Shown: positions 51,810 through 64,000 of the stretch, in pieces
How positions within the stretch are numbered: position 1 is the stretch's first letter
How the letters are laid out: the number at the start of each line of letters is the position of its first letter
NCBI RefSeq assembly: GCF_000143415.4
Contig: NW_003314273.1
Span: forward strand, 440,915-504,914
Length of the DNA stretch: 64,000 nucleotides
DNA from: Selaginella moellendorffii
Lineage: Eukaryota; Plantae; Lycopodiophyta
Reading direction: 5' to 3'
Made by a program: the position numbers and the translations under genes
The notes under the pieces: generated by a model
Database searches by the model: none
Seen by the model: the letters and a program-made list of their open reading frames with translations, nothing else
What the model was told of the DNA's origin: nothing

Positions 51810-54800
51810 CATCGGAGAAGCCAACTCTCAAGAGTCAAATCCAGAAGTTGGATCTCCAAGCAAGTTGAGCAGCACAGGAGGAGGCCACTAAAGCTATAGA
51901 CCAGTTAAGTCGAGAGAAGATCGACCTTCTCGAGGACTCGACTCCAAAGATTTGCAACTGTCCAAGACGTGAAAGCAGTGCGTGACAACCGTGTCTCAGG
52001 GCTCCAGGCGGAGAAGTCCATCACACTTCAGGCGTCTAAACAGGCCAGCGACCAGCCTCCACACTCTTCTAAGTCAAGAGAAGATCAATGGATCAAGTTT
52101 GACTACACTCTACAGTGTCTGGAGCAAGGAGGGATCTATCTTATCAGCTTTCCAGTCGACGGAGATGAGACAGGAGATACTGCTGCGGTATATTGTTCAC
52201 AGCTTGAAGGAATAGTAGCAAGGGAACGACTGCAACGAGATGGTGATAGCGAGAATATGATATAGCTGAAGCTGCTCGTGACGGTGGGGGTATTCGGATT
52301 CACAGAGAGGGCTGCAGAGACTATAAGACAGACTACACTCGACGTTCTCTGTCATCTGGTAGAGCTCTCTAGTTGACGGAGACTTTGAAAACGGGTCAGG
52401 GCTGTCCAGGAATGCTCGTACAGCCGCTCGGATGAAAGTATCAGCAAAGAACTCAGTGTCAGATTGCTTCAAGGGAAATCAAATCCAAAAGTTGGAGCGG
52501 GAAAACTCGGAGCTGTGGCCAAATATCCAAGCAAGTCGAGCACCACAGTAGCAGGTCACTAAAGCGTCAAGTCTGAGCTAAAGACCAGTCTCCACACTCT
52601 AAGTCAAGGGAAGATCAACGACTGGAATTGAAAGTTTCGGAAGATGGTGGCCGAGATGGAGAGTCGAAAGCGGCGGTTGACGAGGCTCCAGGCGGAGCAG
52701 TCGGCTGGAAGTGCAGCAGAGTCCATCAAACTTCGGCATCTAAACAGGCTAGCCCGCCTCCACACTCTTCTAAGTCAAGAGAAGATCAATGGATCAAGTT
52801 GGGCTACACTCTACAGTGTCTGGAGCAAGGAGGGATCTATCTTATCGGCTTTCCAGTGGACGGAGATGATTCAGGAGCGCCTGCTGCGGTAAGGCTGTCC
52901 ATGGTAGTAGCGAGGAACGACGTAAACCAGTGTCAGATGGCTGCAAGATGGCGAGAAGACGATATAGCTGAAGCTGCTCGTGACTGGGGTTTCGGATGGC
53001 TGCAGAGACTATAAGACAGACTACGCTAGACGTTCTCTGTCATCTGGTGGAATGAGGGAAGTGTTCGGACAGGAGTTCTTGAAGGAGAAGCCCCAGGGGA
53101 TAATGGCTGACGGAGTCGAATCCGCTGCACGAGGTGGAGCTCTCGGCGAGAGCACGTGATGGCAGAGTTTGGAAGCGCAAAGGCGAGGCTGGAGAAGCAA
53201 GTAACTGGCAGCTGATAGAGAGGATCACGGGACTCGAGGCGCTGGAGGAGAGAGAGACGTGCCAGATGCAAAGCAAAGCTTTGGGCGAGGAGCTCTGAAG
53301 GATGAAGAAGACAAGCCGAGGAGAACCGATGTGAGAGCAGAGGTTTGACGGATCAGATGGACGCTACATGCGACAAGAAGGAGCATCTGGCTTCGCAGGA
53401 AGCTGTGTTTTTGCATACTTCCGCTCAAGCTTCTCAGCACGATCAAGGCCTGAAGTGGCGGAAGCATTTTCTAACTGCCAGAGGTTCTAAGCACGTCAAA
53501 GAAACGAGAATGGAAGTTCAAGAAGTAACCAGCTCTCGAGAGTCAAATACAGAACAGAGGTGCAAGCCAAGTACTGACAGCTCGAGCAGCGCAGGGAAGC
53601 AGTAGCAAGCCTCCAAAGCGCTAGAGACCAGTCTCCACACTTCTAAGTCAAGAGAAGATCAACCTCTTCGAGGAGATATCCTCCCTCGACTCCAAAGTTT
53701 CGGAGATATCTTGATCAATCGGGAGATAGCAGATAATTTTGTCAAGATCTGGGCTTCTCAAGCGGAGCTCGCTGAGACGGTGCCCGAGATCGGAGCAGTC
53801 AGCCAGCCGAGTGGAGAAGAGTCCATCAAACGTTGGCGTGAGAACAGCGAGGTGAAGGAGAAGATGAGATGCCAAGACGGATCAAAGACAAAGCTCTCTA
53901 GTTGATGGAAACAGGACGAGAGCTTCAATGCTGTCCAGGATCACTCTTACAGGTGCTTGGATGATAGAAGATGATGATGGCAAGATGATCTCAAACTCGA
54001 AGAAACTGCTTGTGGCAGTGGAGCCAGAGGTTCGGCTTCACAAAGACTGAAAAACGGCTGATGTTCGCCCCTGACATGCGGAGACTACAAGAGCTGGAGC
54101 AAACTCTAAGACGAAGCAACAGTCATAAAGACAGAAGATCGGACGAGTTTCATGGAACGTGGAAGCTGGTGCAAAGCGATTCAGAGGTTCAATGGCCACC
54201 TTTACAATCGAGAAATGTGGACTGAGGGTACGTAGAGTCATTCGTTTTTTCCTCTTCCATTCATTTCATCCGTGTTGTTAAACAGAAGAAGCAAGCTGCA
54301 GCGACACACAAATTGTGATGGTAGCTCCTTTAGTATCAGCAACAAATCCTGGTGGAATATCTTCTGAGCTCCAACTTGGTCCAGATCGTTGGAGGCCGTC
54401 TCTTCGAGACTAAATAAATAAAACATCTCAGAGACTACGCTAAGGAGCTGCTTATTCTGGCCAACTTGTGAGTAAATAACCTTGAGAGATTATGTTTCTT
54501 TTCTATTTGGAAAATAGTCTGACTGCCAACTTGGTCCAGATCATAAGAGGCCGCCAGAAGAATATGTAAATGAGGGTGGAGCTCTTAAACCAAGCAGGGG
54601 CAGCAGGTTGAAAAATCGAAGTTTTAAGTTCGCCCAGCAGAGTAGGGGCAGCAGCTTCAAAAAGAAAAGTGGAAGCAGCTAAAGAGCAGTGACAAGTTTG
54701 ATCGAGCAGCAGAATAGTTCAGACTCGTGATAGTTTTTTTCATATCATTTTCTTTGATTTAGCTGTAAAAACGATGATTTAATGTTCATAATGTTTGAAT

Positions 54801-56354
54801 CTCTGAAAGGTCCGAGATCCGACTTGCAACAAGATGATACCTAGAGCACGCTAGGGCTTGGCGGCATGGCCGCTTGGCAAGGCATCCCCCGAAAAACTCG
54901 TGAACTTTACCATGTAGGCCGAGTATTTGCAATCTGTAGACTTGTCTCTAACATCGTGGATCTTCTTGTACGTTTGCAAGGATTCCTGATCAGTTTGTCC
55001 CCGTAACTTGATTAGAAAATGGAAAAACAAATCCAGCTCAGGAAAATAAGATCTTACATAGTTTGCTCCAGAGGCATTACCATCACATAGCATGTAAATT
55101 TGAACCGACCCGACCAAATGAACGATCTTCAATCCACTGGGAGTTTAGCAACTCCACCTGTGAAATAAAAAGAACGAAACAAGAAAAAACAATGATGAGA
55201 GTCATACTATTAACAAGAACCTCCAGTGGTTCTGGGAAAAAGCAAAATCACATGAGACTAGAAGAATTCCAAAGCCTTTGAAGACGTGCACGTTGATAAA
55301 GGACGCTTTGCCTTAAATCTCCTGCTGGACTGTGGGGTAACGATGGTGATAGCGAAGGTGTTCGACTTTCTAGACACCACGACACCACGTTAGAGCAAGA
55401 ACTCAGGAGCTAATATGTACGCACCTCCAGTTGTTCCATATGGTATAAAGCCATTTGACTTGGTCTAGAAGGTCATAAGCGGATGAAAAGGGAAAAGGCT
55501 TGCCCACCTCCTTCCAGACAGTCAAAGTTGTTACCATTGTATGAGAAAAAAACTAAATTTCTGCACGTCGCCACCAATCAAACTTGTAAGATTGCTGTTC
55601 GTGACTAACTTAATCCGTCCGTTCTAACTTAATCTTGAGGGAATTTGAGGTGTTATTCTCATGGAAATCATTACGGCCATGTTATTACCTTTTACCAATG
55701 TTAAAAATGAGTGTTTCTTGTACTAGGGAGTGCATTTTCTTTTGTTTTCCTTCTTACTGTCTAGAATTTAATGTTTGAATCAATTTTTTTTTGAGATTTT
55801 AGGCATTTTAACTCATGGTTTTGGTTTCATTCTCTTGGTTTGAGTATAAACTTTTAAACAAGTCCATCCACACCTATTTTTGTGTGCAAAGTCAAGAGAT
55901 TTCCATGCAAATGTTTTCCTCTTAGGCATTTTGAGTATTGGAGTTTAATTTTTTCTATTTTCCCCCTTTTCTTTGCAATATTTTTTTCTTTTGTCGTGAG
56001 AAATTGGCATTTGCAAGAGTGAGAGTGATTTTATTTGGGAAAATCTACATGAGGATACTCTTTTATTTGGAGTTATCCCATTTAGATACTTTGCTCTCAC
56101 ACAAGTCAAAGTTCTTTGTGCGTTGTATTTTCCACAACCTGGCATCTACTACATAGTGGACATTTTATGCTAGTTCACACTCGTTCCAGTTAGAGATGGC
56201 AACTAGCAAACTTCCATACAGTGCCTAGGGTATGGGGATATTTTTCACACCTTTTACGAGAGCTCGATTATCAAACTACTCTTTTTGATGAGGAGGATTC
56301 ATCATTCATTACAGATATCGAGTCAGAGAGTCCACCATCCATGGCTCTTCCTAC

Positions 56355-57620
56355 ATAAATCCACATTCTACAGCGAGGCACCGACTTGACATACTTATCT
56401 GGCAATGGCGACATCTTTGCCAATACACATGTCACTCATTTTGAGCAATATTGCATGTCAAATGGCATCATCGAGGATGATCACAAACTTTGTGACTTCT
56501 TGCGATCGCTCACTAGCCGAGCAGAAACATGGGTAGAGACACTCTTGGAGGTAGATATGGCTGACAACTCCACATTCAAAGCATCTTTCTAAGGTCACTT
56601 TGATCAGCAGTGACCACCAAATCGCTTACTCATGGACTTGTTCGTTTTTTGGCAAGGAGCACGTGAATCTGTGCCGGAATATGTGATGTGGTTTAGGTTT
56701 TACTAGAAGGAGTGTGTCCTCATCACAAATGAACCTCATGGCATCACTACATTCATCTTTGGCCTCAAGGGAAATCTCAAATGCAAAATGCTTAAGCGAG
56801 AGTTTTGGATGTGTTATGAGGCATTTGCTATAGTAGAGACTTTGGAGTGGGATCTTCTCCAACATCTCAAGATTCCTAGGGTAGAGGAGGTTTTCCTCCC
56901 ACCTTCAGATGAGAGCTCATGTGCTACCATGATCCATTCTTCTCCAACCCCGCACAGTGATGATAGAGTTTCCTCAATGATCGAGAAGGCATTGTCGAAG
57001 CATGCAAGATACAAGGAGATTATCTAGCAGCAATGATAAATTCAAGAGAAGCTACTTGAGGAGCTTAAAGCATGCTGCTTACAGTAGGCAGGGAGACTAA
57101 GATGCTCTCTTCGTTCTTGGTACTACTCGCATTGCGGTGTTATGATACACAGCATAAATAGATGTTGGAAGCTTCATTTAGAACTTCGACCACCTTTTGT
57201 CTAGCATGTTGAAGAGTAACTTCTACCAGACAACATATTTCTTCCATGGCTAGAGATAGATACCAGCAACAATTGGAGTAGAAAGCGATCAAAGACACCC
57301 TTTCGTTGAGCTGTGGAAACACTGATGCATGTCAACATAGTTTATGTTGTAGAGGACGGTTATAAGATGGCTGCTATGACTCAAGGGCGCAAGAAGGTTT
57401 CTCCTTTAGCCCCAAATATTGATGGTGAGCAAGATCCAGCTCTAGTTTCTAGAACTTCCCCATCTCTCATGGCATGTAAGTTACCCCATGCTTCGGTATT
57501 TGCAATGCAACCCACATCCTTGGCCACAACTTCAAATCCAACAATTGGATATTCATCCAACTTTCAATGTGGGGTCTCTCATCTACCCTCCACTTTTTCT
57601 CAAGTCCCATAAGAAGTTCT
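56355..57620 (+). pseudogene. Decayed gag, copy 3 (truncated before the protease)
   Basis: Paralogue of 1150-2415, cut by the deletion at 57620. Confidence 0.7.
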
Positions 57621-60600
57621 AGGAATGTTCCTAGATTGTGAATTTGGACATGGGACGAACACCATTGTGTTTAGACCGATTTTTACATTCTGTAGATATG
57701 CCAAATGAGCAAATCTGGACACTTTTCATAAATAGCATTTGAGACCGAAATGAAACTAACATAAAGGGCATGATAGCGAGGGTGTTTGGCAGACACGGTA
57801 AGCTATCATCTAGCGATATTGAGGGACCAATCTCAATATTGCGGGGGTTCCCAAAACTAGCAAGTGAAAATCAACGAATGAGTTTCTCTAACCAAGTCAA
57901 GTATGCTTGACAAATAACACGTACGAATTCCGTCCTTATGCCCATCTGGTCAAGTGCACATACGAAGACCAGTTTCTCAACTAGCTTAGGCGGAGACTAA
58001 TAACGGGCCCAGCAATACCGACCTCCTACCATCGTGGTAGTAAGGTAAGAGTGTCCGTAAGGTAACTTTCGATAGTAGTTGACAGGTAACTTTCGATACC
58101 CGAAGTCACATTCGCAACACTCTCCCCCCCCTAGGGAAGATCGACGTCCTTGTCGATGCACACTCGAGTCTAGAATACCGCCAAGGAAACAACCCCAGAA
58201 AAAGTTCACGGTATTCACACTATATGAGAAATGCACCAACTTAAATGAGTTAGGAGGCAACCTCTTTGTCTAACGCAGATGCGGTACCAGCTCAGACACC
58301 TTCCAGCCGTCGCCGACAAGGAAATGACCAACGGAGTCAGCCACCCTTGCTGCTCTGGGAGTCACCCAGCTTACAAAAGTGTGATACACCCCTACCCGCA
58401 AGGACATAGAGAGAGAAGCCAGAGGCCCCAACCCTCATGAGCAAAGAAACCAAACCCGTCGGTAAGGTTTAGATAGACTATTGTAAATAGGCAGTTAGAG
58501 TTGTTTACACGGTCACGCCCTTTTGAATGGAATAAAGAACATCGACAGAGTGGCGGGTTATGTGACCAGTCGACAGTAGCTACCCCAAGACTAGAGATTT
58601 CAACATGCATACGAAGTGCCAAAGCCAGTCTGCCTATACTGGCCCAAACTCAAAGATCAAAAGATGGACAATATCAAAGTTAGAGACAATGATATCTTAG
58701 AGACTTAATTATCAGTGACTAAATCTTACATTAGAACACAAAAGTATTCCAAGCAAGTTATCGTCCAATAAACCAGTAGTATAGTATAGGAACCACCAAG
58801 ATCATTGTAACTGGTAAACAGAATACATGATCCAACAAAATTCAATAGCTAGTATATCATCAAGAAAACTCAATGATGAAACTTGACTATCGAAGATGGT
58901 AGATAGAATGCCAAATAATTTGCGAAAGAGAACTCAAAGAATACAAAGTATCATTGATTGACAAGCACAATGCTCGCAAATGTATCACCCAAAGGAAATA
59001 ACATCCCAACCTATCAAAACTAACTTGAGCAATAATCAACAGAATAGAATGAATGTGGCAAAACCAACAAACACTCATTCTTGCCAACTATCACAAAAGC
59101 CAATCCGAATAGATCCCAACCAACAATACTAAGGAATTTAAGTTGCCTAAGCAAGTGTCAGCAACATCCTACTGATGTTTCAAACCCAAGAAACCAATCC
59201 AAAGCAAACCACAAAGAACATGTGGTATTGCGAAAAGCTAAAAACTATCAAAGAGAACAACTAACCATCATGAAAAATTATCAATCATCCTATCAAGAAA
59301 GAGATGCATAATCATAGTTGAAGAAAGAATCTACCATCCCGAAGAATAGCAACTCAGTTTATATCAACAATAATTAAGCAAAACTCTTTGACAAGGATAA
59401 TCAACTATCCTAGATGATAGTCAATTATCACCAATGATTGCTAGATGCAAATACTAACTTCAATCTGGAAGCTAGAAGCCAAAATACCTTCCCCAACAAC
59501 TTCTAACAAATGGAATAACGAGCATAAAACTCAAAGAACCAAAAGCTTGAAGAAGTCTATAGTTAAGTCTTGCCTAACAATGATCATAAGCTTTGCATAA
59601 ACTAACTTCAATGCTAAAGAAGAAATCATGGTATAACTTACAATATCCTCCTCAACACATCCATAAGCTATACTACATAATGCAAAGCTAATGAAGAGCA
59701 TGTTTGCATCAATTCAAAAGCAAAGCATAACGGAGTTATGCTCAACAAGTGATCATCTAATCGATCCTCCATGAATCCATCAATAGCAAGACGTAGCTCA
59801 CTTTATAGCAAGCACAAGAAGAATCATCAATGATCGATATATCCCAACTGAAATCCAGCAAGGATTCAATCACTAACTCTTTCCTCTTATAAAGCTAGCA
59901 TAGTCCATGACTAAATCACTTTTCAAGGAAAAGCTCAAAACTCAACCTCTACTAAACAATCTTGTCTAGAACACAACTAACTCAAACTTGCCACTCAATT
60001 CATTTGAACGTCAATACAATTGCTAATTAGCAATTGTACAAATGCTAATTAGCAATTGTACAAATGCTAATAACACAAAGCTATAGCCAAATCATCAACA
60101 CTATCTTCATCAAAACTAATGAAACTCGACATCAATCTTGCAGAGAGACATCTCATTTCACTAAAATCAACCAACTTCCTCCTATTAACAACTTCACATA
60201 GGTTCACCCCAACACAAATTCTCATGACCCATAATATGCTTAAGCCTCGAACATCCTTTTGCCCATTCTTTTGACATCCAACACCGACATCTGTAAAATG
60301 CAAATGGAACATCCAAGGCTTGATCACGAAGACCACATCTTCGGATATCCACATTGCACTAACACTCTTCTTCAACCACTTTCAAGATTCAATGTGAAAC
60401 TAAAACATTAACAAGAAAAATGACATGGAAAATCAAGCTCTAAGGAAACTTCCTCATCACTTAAAATAACAATGTCACTTCCACTAACACAAATGCTAGT
60501 AATGTCAATGCCTCAACCTCACACCTTCTCTATCCAACAATCTGCTTCAAGTGTTAATGGATCAACTAATGAGCTATAGCAAATGAATGCTATAACCCTT

Positions 60601-63038
60601 TTTTCAACACCTTATGGGCAAATCCTCAAGGAACCAAGGAACCAACTTAAACTTAGCATAATGGACCACCATCGAGAATCCAGTCAAAGCTATTACAATG
60701 CTACTTCGTGCAAGTAGACTAGCTTCACCATCAACCACTTTGGGGTTGATCATTGTTTAACCAAGCAACTTCGTAAACACATCGCTCATTATCACATAGA
60801 TATGATATAAGTATCACAATGATTTGATCATAAATTGAGTAACATAATGAGCAATGCCAATGTCATTACTACAAAAGTTTATGTGAGTATCAAGTGTCAA
60901 CTCGATTCAACAAAATGTAACATAAATGCCACACTCCACTGATAGCGATTTACAACACCCAAAACCACTAACTTTTGTTCACAACACAGACAAGCTCATG
61001 CCACTCTCTTTCCGACCAAACTCAAAATTAATCTAACACCAAGCTACTCAAGGAGCAATAGCAAGGTTCCCCAAAAAAGAATTGAACATTGCAACCCAAG
61101 TCTTCTAATAGCAAGCCTAGACAAAATGGTTTAGCGCTTCACTGCTATCCATCCCATGACTCACCATTTACAAGACCATCATTTCCAACATGCATCAAGG
61201 TAGGGGCTCTTGATTGCATGATGTGAACATGGGCAATGGGTCACACCTCGTTGCGAATCATCTCTTCAAGAAGAGAACATGATTTATGTGTTTGATCCTT
61301 CGTCCCTGATGACTCTCCTTTCAGTCTCATCTTTGACTACACCTCAAGCTTGCTTTCACACTGCCTTCAGTCCAATCCAAGAGAAGTTTATGAGAGAGCA
61401 CGGCAATGACTACTTGAACCAATAGACTAATCCCTACAGTCTTGATTGATCCACTTGTAACCATGCCTAAGAAGGATCCACTAGTGCCATGCTAAACAGC
61501 TACGGATTAGCATATTTTCCACTCATAGCAAACCTAGGGAAGGTTTGCTTTTACCCACGGTACATGGAACAACTCATAGAACCATTGGAACAACCCATGG
61601 AACGACCGATAGGCTAACATTAATCCTGCCAACTCAAAACGTAACCTTGAGTTGCTAATATGCCTCACACACGAGCCCAAGCGTAAACTTGTGCTAACGG
61701 AGCATCTCAAATCCATCCTATGAGCCCAAGAGCAAGCTCACATTATTAGCTACAAAAGATAACCAAAACCATACCCAAGGAACGAATGTGAACCCTTTGC
61801 ACCAAATGTGTACCCACTCGGATCATCGTTTTCATCTCTGCGTATGCAACGAGACTAGTTGCCCAATCTCATTGAATAGTACTCGTTGAGATTCATCCTC
61901 TGATACCAAATGTAGCACACGTGATTTTGACCCTTTATCCTATGGTGATTTACCATAGGATAACACCACGAAGCAGAACCTAAACCCTCTTTGTGCCACG
62001 TGATAGATGCCACATATCATATGCCACATGTCCATGCCACGTGTCCATAGGAACCCGAGGTTCAGCGCCTTGGGGAAGGAACGGTGCCAAACTCCCAAGC
62101 GTGGAGCCAAGGAGTGATGGAACCGAACCACGGAGCAACTCCTGAGCATAAAGCCCAAGGAGCGAAGGGACAGGAGCCCGGAGTGACTTGGAACAATCCT
62201 AGAGTAACCAACATTCCAATGCCAGGACCAGCACACAAAACGGAGCCAAACGGAGTTTGGCGCTATTTCGGCATACCGGTGGCCTAAGGCGAGAACATGT
62301 TCTGCGTCCGGCTTAGGTCTAAGCCGGATGCAGAACAAGGATAGGCACGCAAGCGGGAGCTAGACTATGCCTCAGAATGGTGGGCCATGCCCGACCTTCC
62401 CCCTTTCCCTTTTTTACATTTGGAACCCCAAAGGGGCCCCCCCCCCCCCCCCCCCCCCCCCCTTGAGGAACACAAGCTTTGGGCTTTCACCCCAAGCCTC
62501 CCTTAGTATCAAGAGTTAGTCTCTAGGACAAGCTCGAAACTTACTAAATATGGAATGTCCCTAGATTGTGAATTTGGACATGGGATAAACACCATTGTGT
62601 TCAGACCGATCTCTACATTCTGTAGATATGCCAAATGAGCAAATCTGGACACTTTCCATAAATAGCATTTGAGATCGAAATGAGACTAACACAAAGGGCA
62701 TGATAGTGAAGGTGTTTAGTAGACACGGTAAGCTATCATCTAACGATATTAAGGGACCAATCTCAATATCGCAGGGGTTCCCAAAACTAGCAAGTGAAAA
62801 TCAATGAATGAGTTTCTCTAACCAGGTCAAGTATGTTTAATAAATAGCACGTAGGAATTCCGTCCTTATGCCCATCTGGTCAAATGCACACGCGAAGACC
62901 AGTTTCTCAACTAGTTTAGGCGGAGACTGATAACGGGCCCAGCAATACCGACCTCCTACCATCGTGGCAGTAAGGTAAGAGTGTCCGTAAGGACTAGTCG
63001 ACAGGTAACTTTTGATACCCGAAGTCACATTCGCGACA
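57621..63038 (-). mobile_element. Family B, copy 3: partial 3' LTR (to 58119), complete ~3.8-kb non-coding internal region, PBS, 5' LTR (61911-63038)
   Basis: PPT ctctcccccccct after 58119; ctctgatacca before 61911. No gag/pol motifs seen; + strand is strongly A/C-skewed. Confidence 0.9.
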
Positions 63039-64000
63039 ACTATGGATAGAAAGGGATTAGATAGAAACTGAAAAAAGGATATTAAAGAAGAGTGTGTGTT
63101 TTCTATGTCTTTAGGCATCCTAAGGATGCTAAAATGTGGTCATAAGATGACCACTCATGGACAGATGGCCCAATCTTTAGGAGACAACATTGTGGTATAG
63201 GTGGTCCTAGGCTACCAATTAAATAAAGATGAATGGATATAGCCTTAGTATAATAGGATGATATGTTATTGGTATCTTTAGGTGTTTATCGTGGGATTGG
63301 ACATTTGGAGCATTTGGACCAAGTGCAAAAGTTGAGTGGCATACAAGTCATTCATGAGGCTAGCAAGTCCTTAAGATGGGAATAAAATTTATAAAAATGG
63401 TGAGTGAAACTCCTCCAAATGGTCAAATGTGTGGTTAAATGATTTAATTGCTTACGTAAGGAGGATGTTTTAAATATTATTTTCTATAACCCATTTAATT
63501 TATATGAATTTTTTATGATGCTGTATAGATTGAATAATTCTTTGGAGACTTTTTGGATGATATTCTTTACAATATGTTAAAGGTGACTATTAATTTCATT
63601 GATAATGTTTTGATCCACTTTAAGGGGACATAGGAGGAACACACTTGTGATGTTTGTAAAACATTGGGATCAGCTATAGGAAGTTAATTTGACATTGATA
63701 CAGTTAAAATGCATATATCTTAAGTATTATATTTTTCATGAAAATTTACAAATTGATTTTGACAAACTTGTGGATATTATGAAGTTCTCTACTCCAAAGT
63801 GCGTGAACAATATGCAACACTTTCTTGGCAAGGTGTAATATCTTTTTCATGTTATTGTCTTTTTTATCATTGCAAGCATTAATGAAGTTGTTCATACTAT
63901 TTTTCATCTAATTTGGGATTGTGAATAGACATTCATAGATCTTAAAGATGTGTTGACAATTTTTCTAGTTTTTGAGTATTTTAACTACACTCAACCTTTT

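Larger units (their letters stand above)
36095..55604. repeat. Tandem segmental duplication, copy 2 (lacks element A, solo LTR C and the integrase segment; internal deletions near 39870 and 45083)
   Basis: Colinear with copy 1. Empty sites at 41156-41160 (ACTAC) and ~45065-45069 (CTTAT). Ends where copy 1 reads ...gctgttcgtga (~32664). Confidence 0.92.
55623..64000. repeat. Tandem segmental duplication, copy 3 (runs off the window; large deletion at 57620/57621)
   Basis: Matches copy 1 from ~417 to ~2415, jumps into the family-B LTR, then follows B internal, LTR and RT remnant colinearly. Confidence 0.92.

Noticed and set aside
62385-62462. Cluster of substitutions next to a ~27-nt poly-C run in LTR B copy 3
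   Set aside because: The pattern (A to T/C changes beside a homopolymer) looks like sequencing error. Not interpreted biologically without reads.

Overview
Eukaryotic, plant-type, transposon-dense DNA. Short 46-67 nt GT-AG introns, tRNA-iMet-primed Ty3/gypsy elements and a chromodomain integrase suggest a compact-genome land plant such as Selaginella (inference). The window is a head-to-tail triplication of one unit: copy 1 is <1-~36094, copy 2 is ~36095-55604 and copy 3 is ~55623->64000, with copies 2 and 3 shortened by deletions. The unit carries a decayed gag-protease remnant, old LTR fragments, a non-autonomous LTR element (family B), a decayed gypsy RT/RNaseH/integrase, solo LTRs, and a GC-rich island with a 3-exon E/K/Q-rich coiled-coil gene. 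Copy 1 alone has three additions whose empty sites or ancestral state are visible in the other copies: a complete 7.8-kb LTR element (family A, TSD ACTAC), a solo LTR (family C, TSD CTTAT) and a ~1.6-kb foreign segment inside element B. That segment is the stand-out. It encodes a chromovirus-type Ty3/gypsy integrase (HHCC, D-D35-E, GPY/F, chromodomain) interrupted by two precise spliceosomal-type introns. Removing them gives a stop-free reading frame with exact catalytic spacing. Retrotransposition should purge introns, so this points to a DNA-mobilised (Ginger-like) element, a domesticated integrase gene, or a splicing-controlled retroelement. All comparisons were made by eye and no database searches were run.
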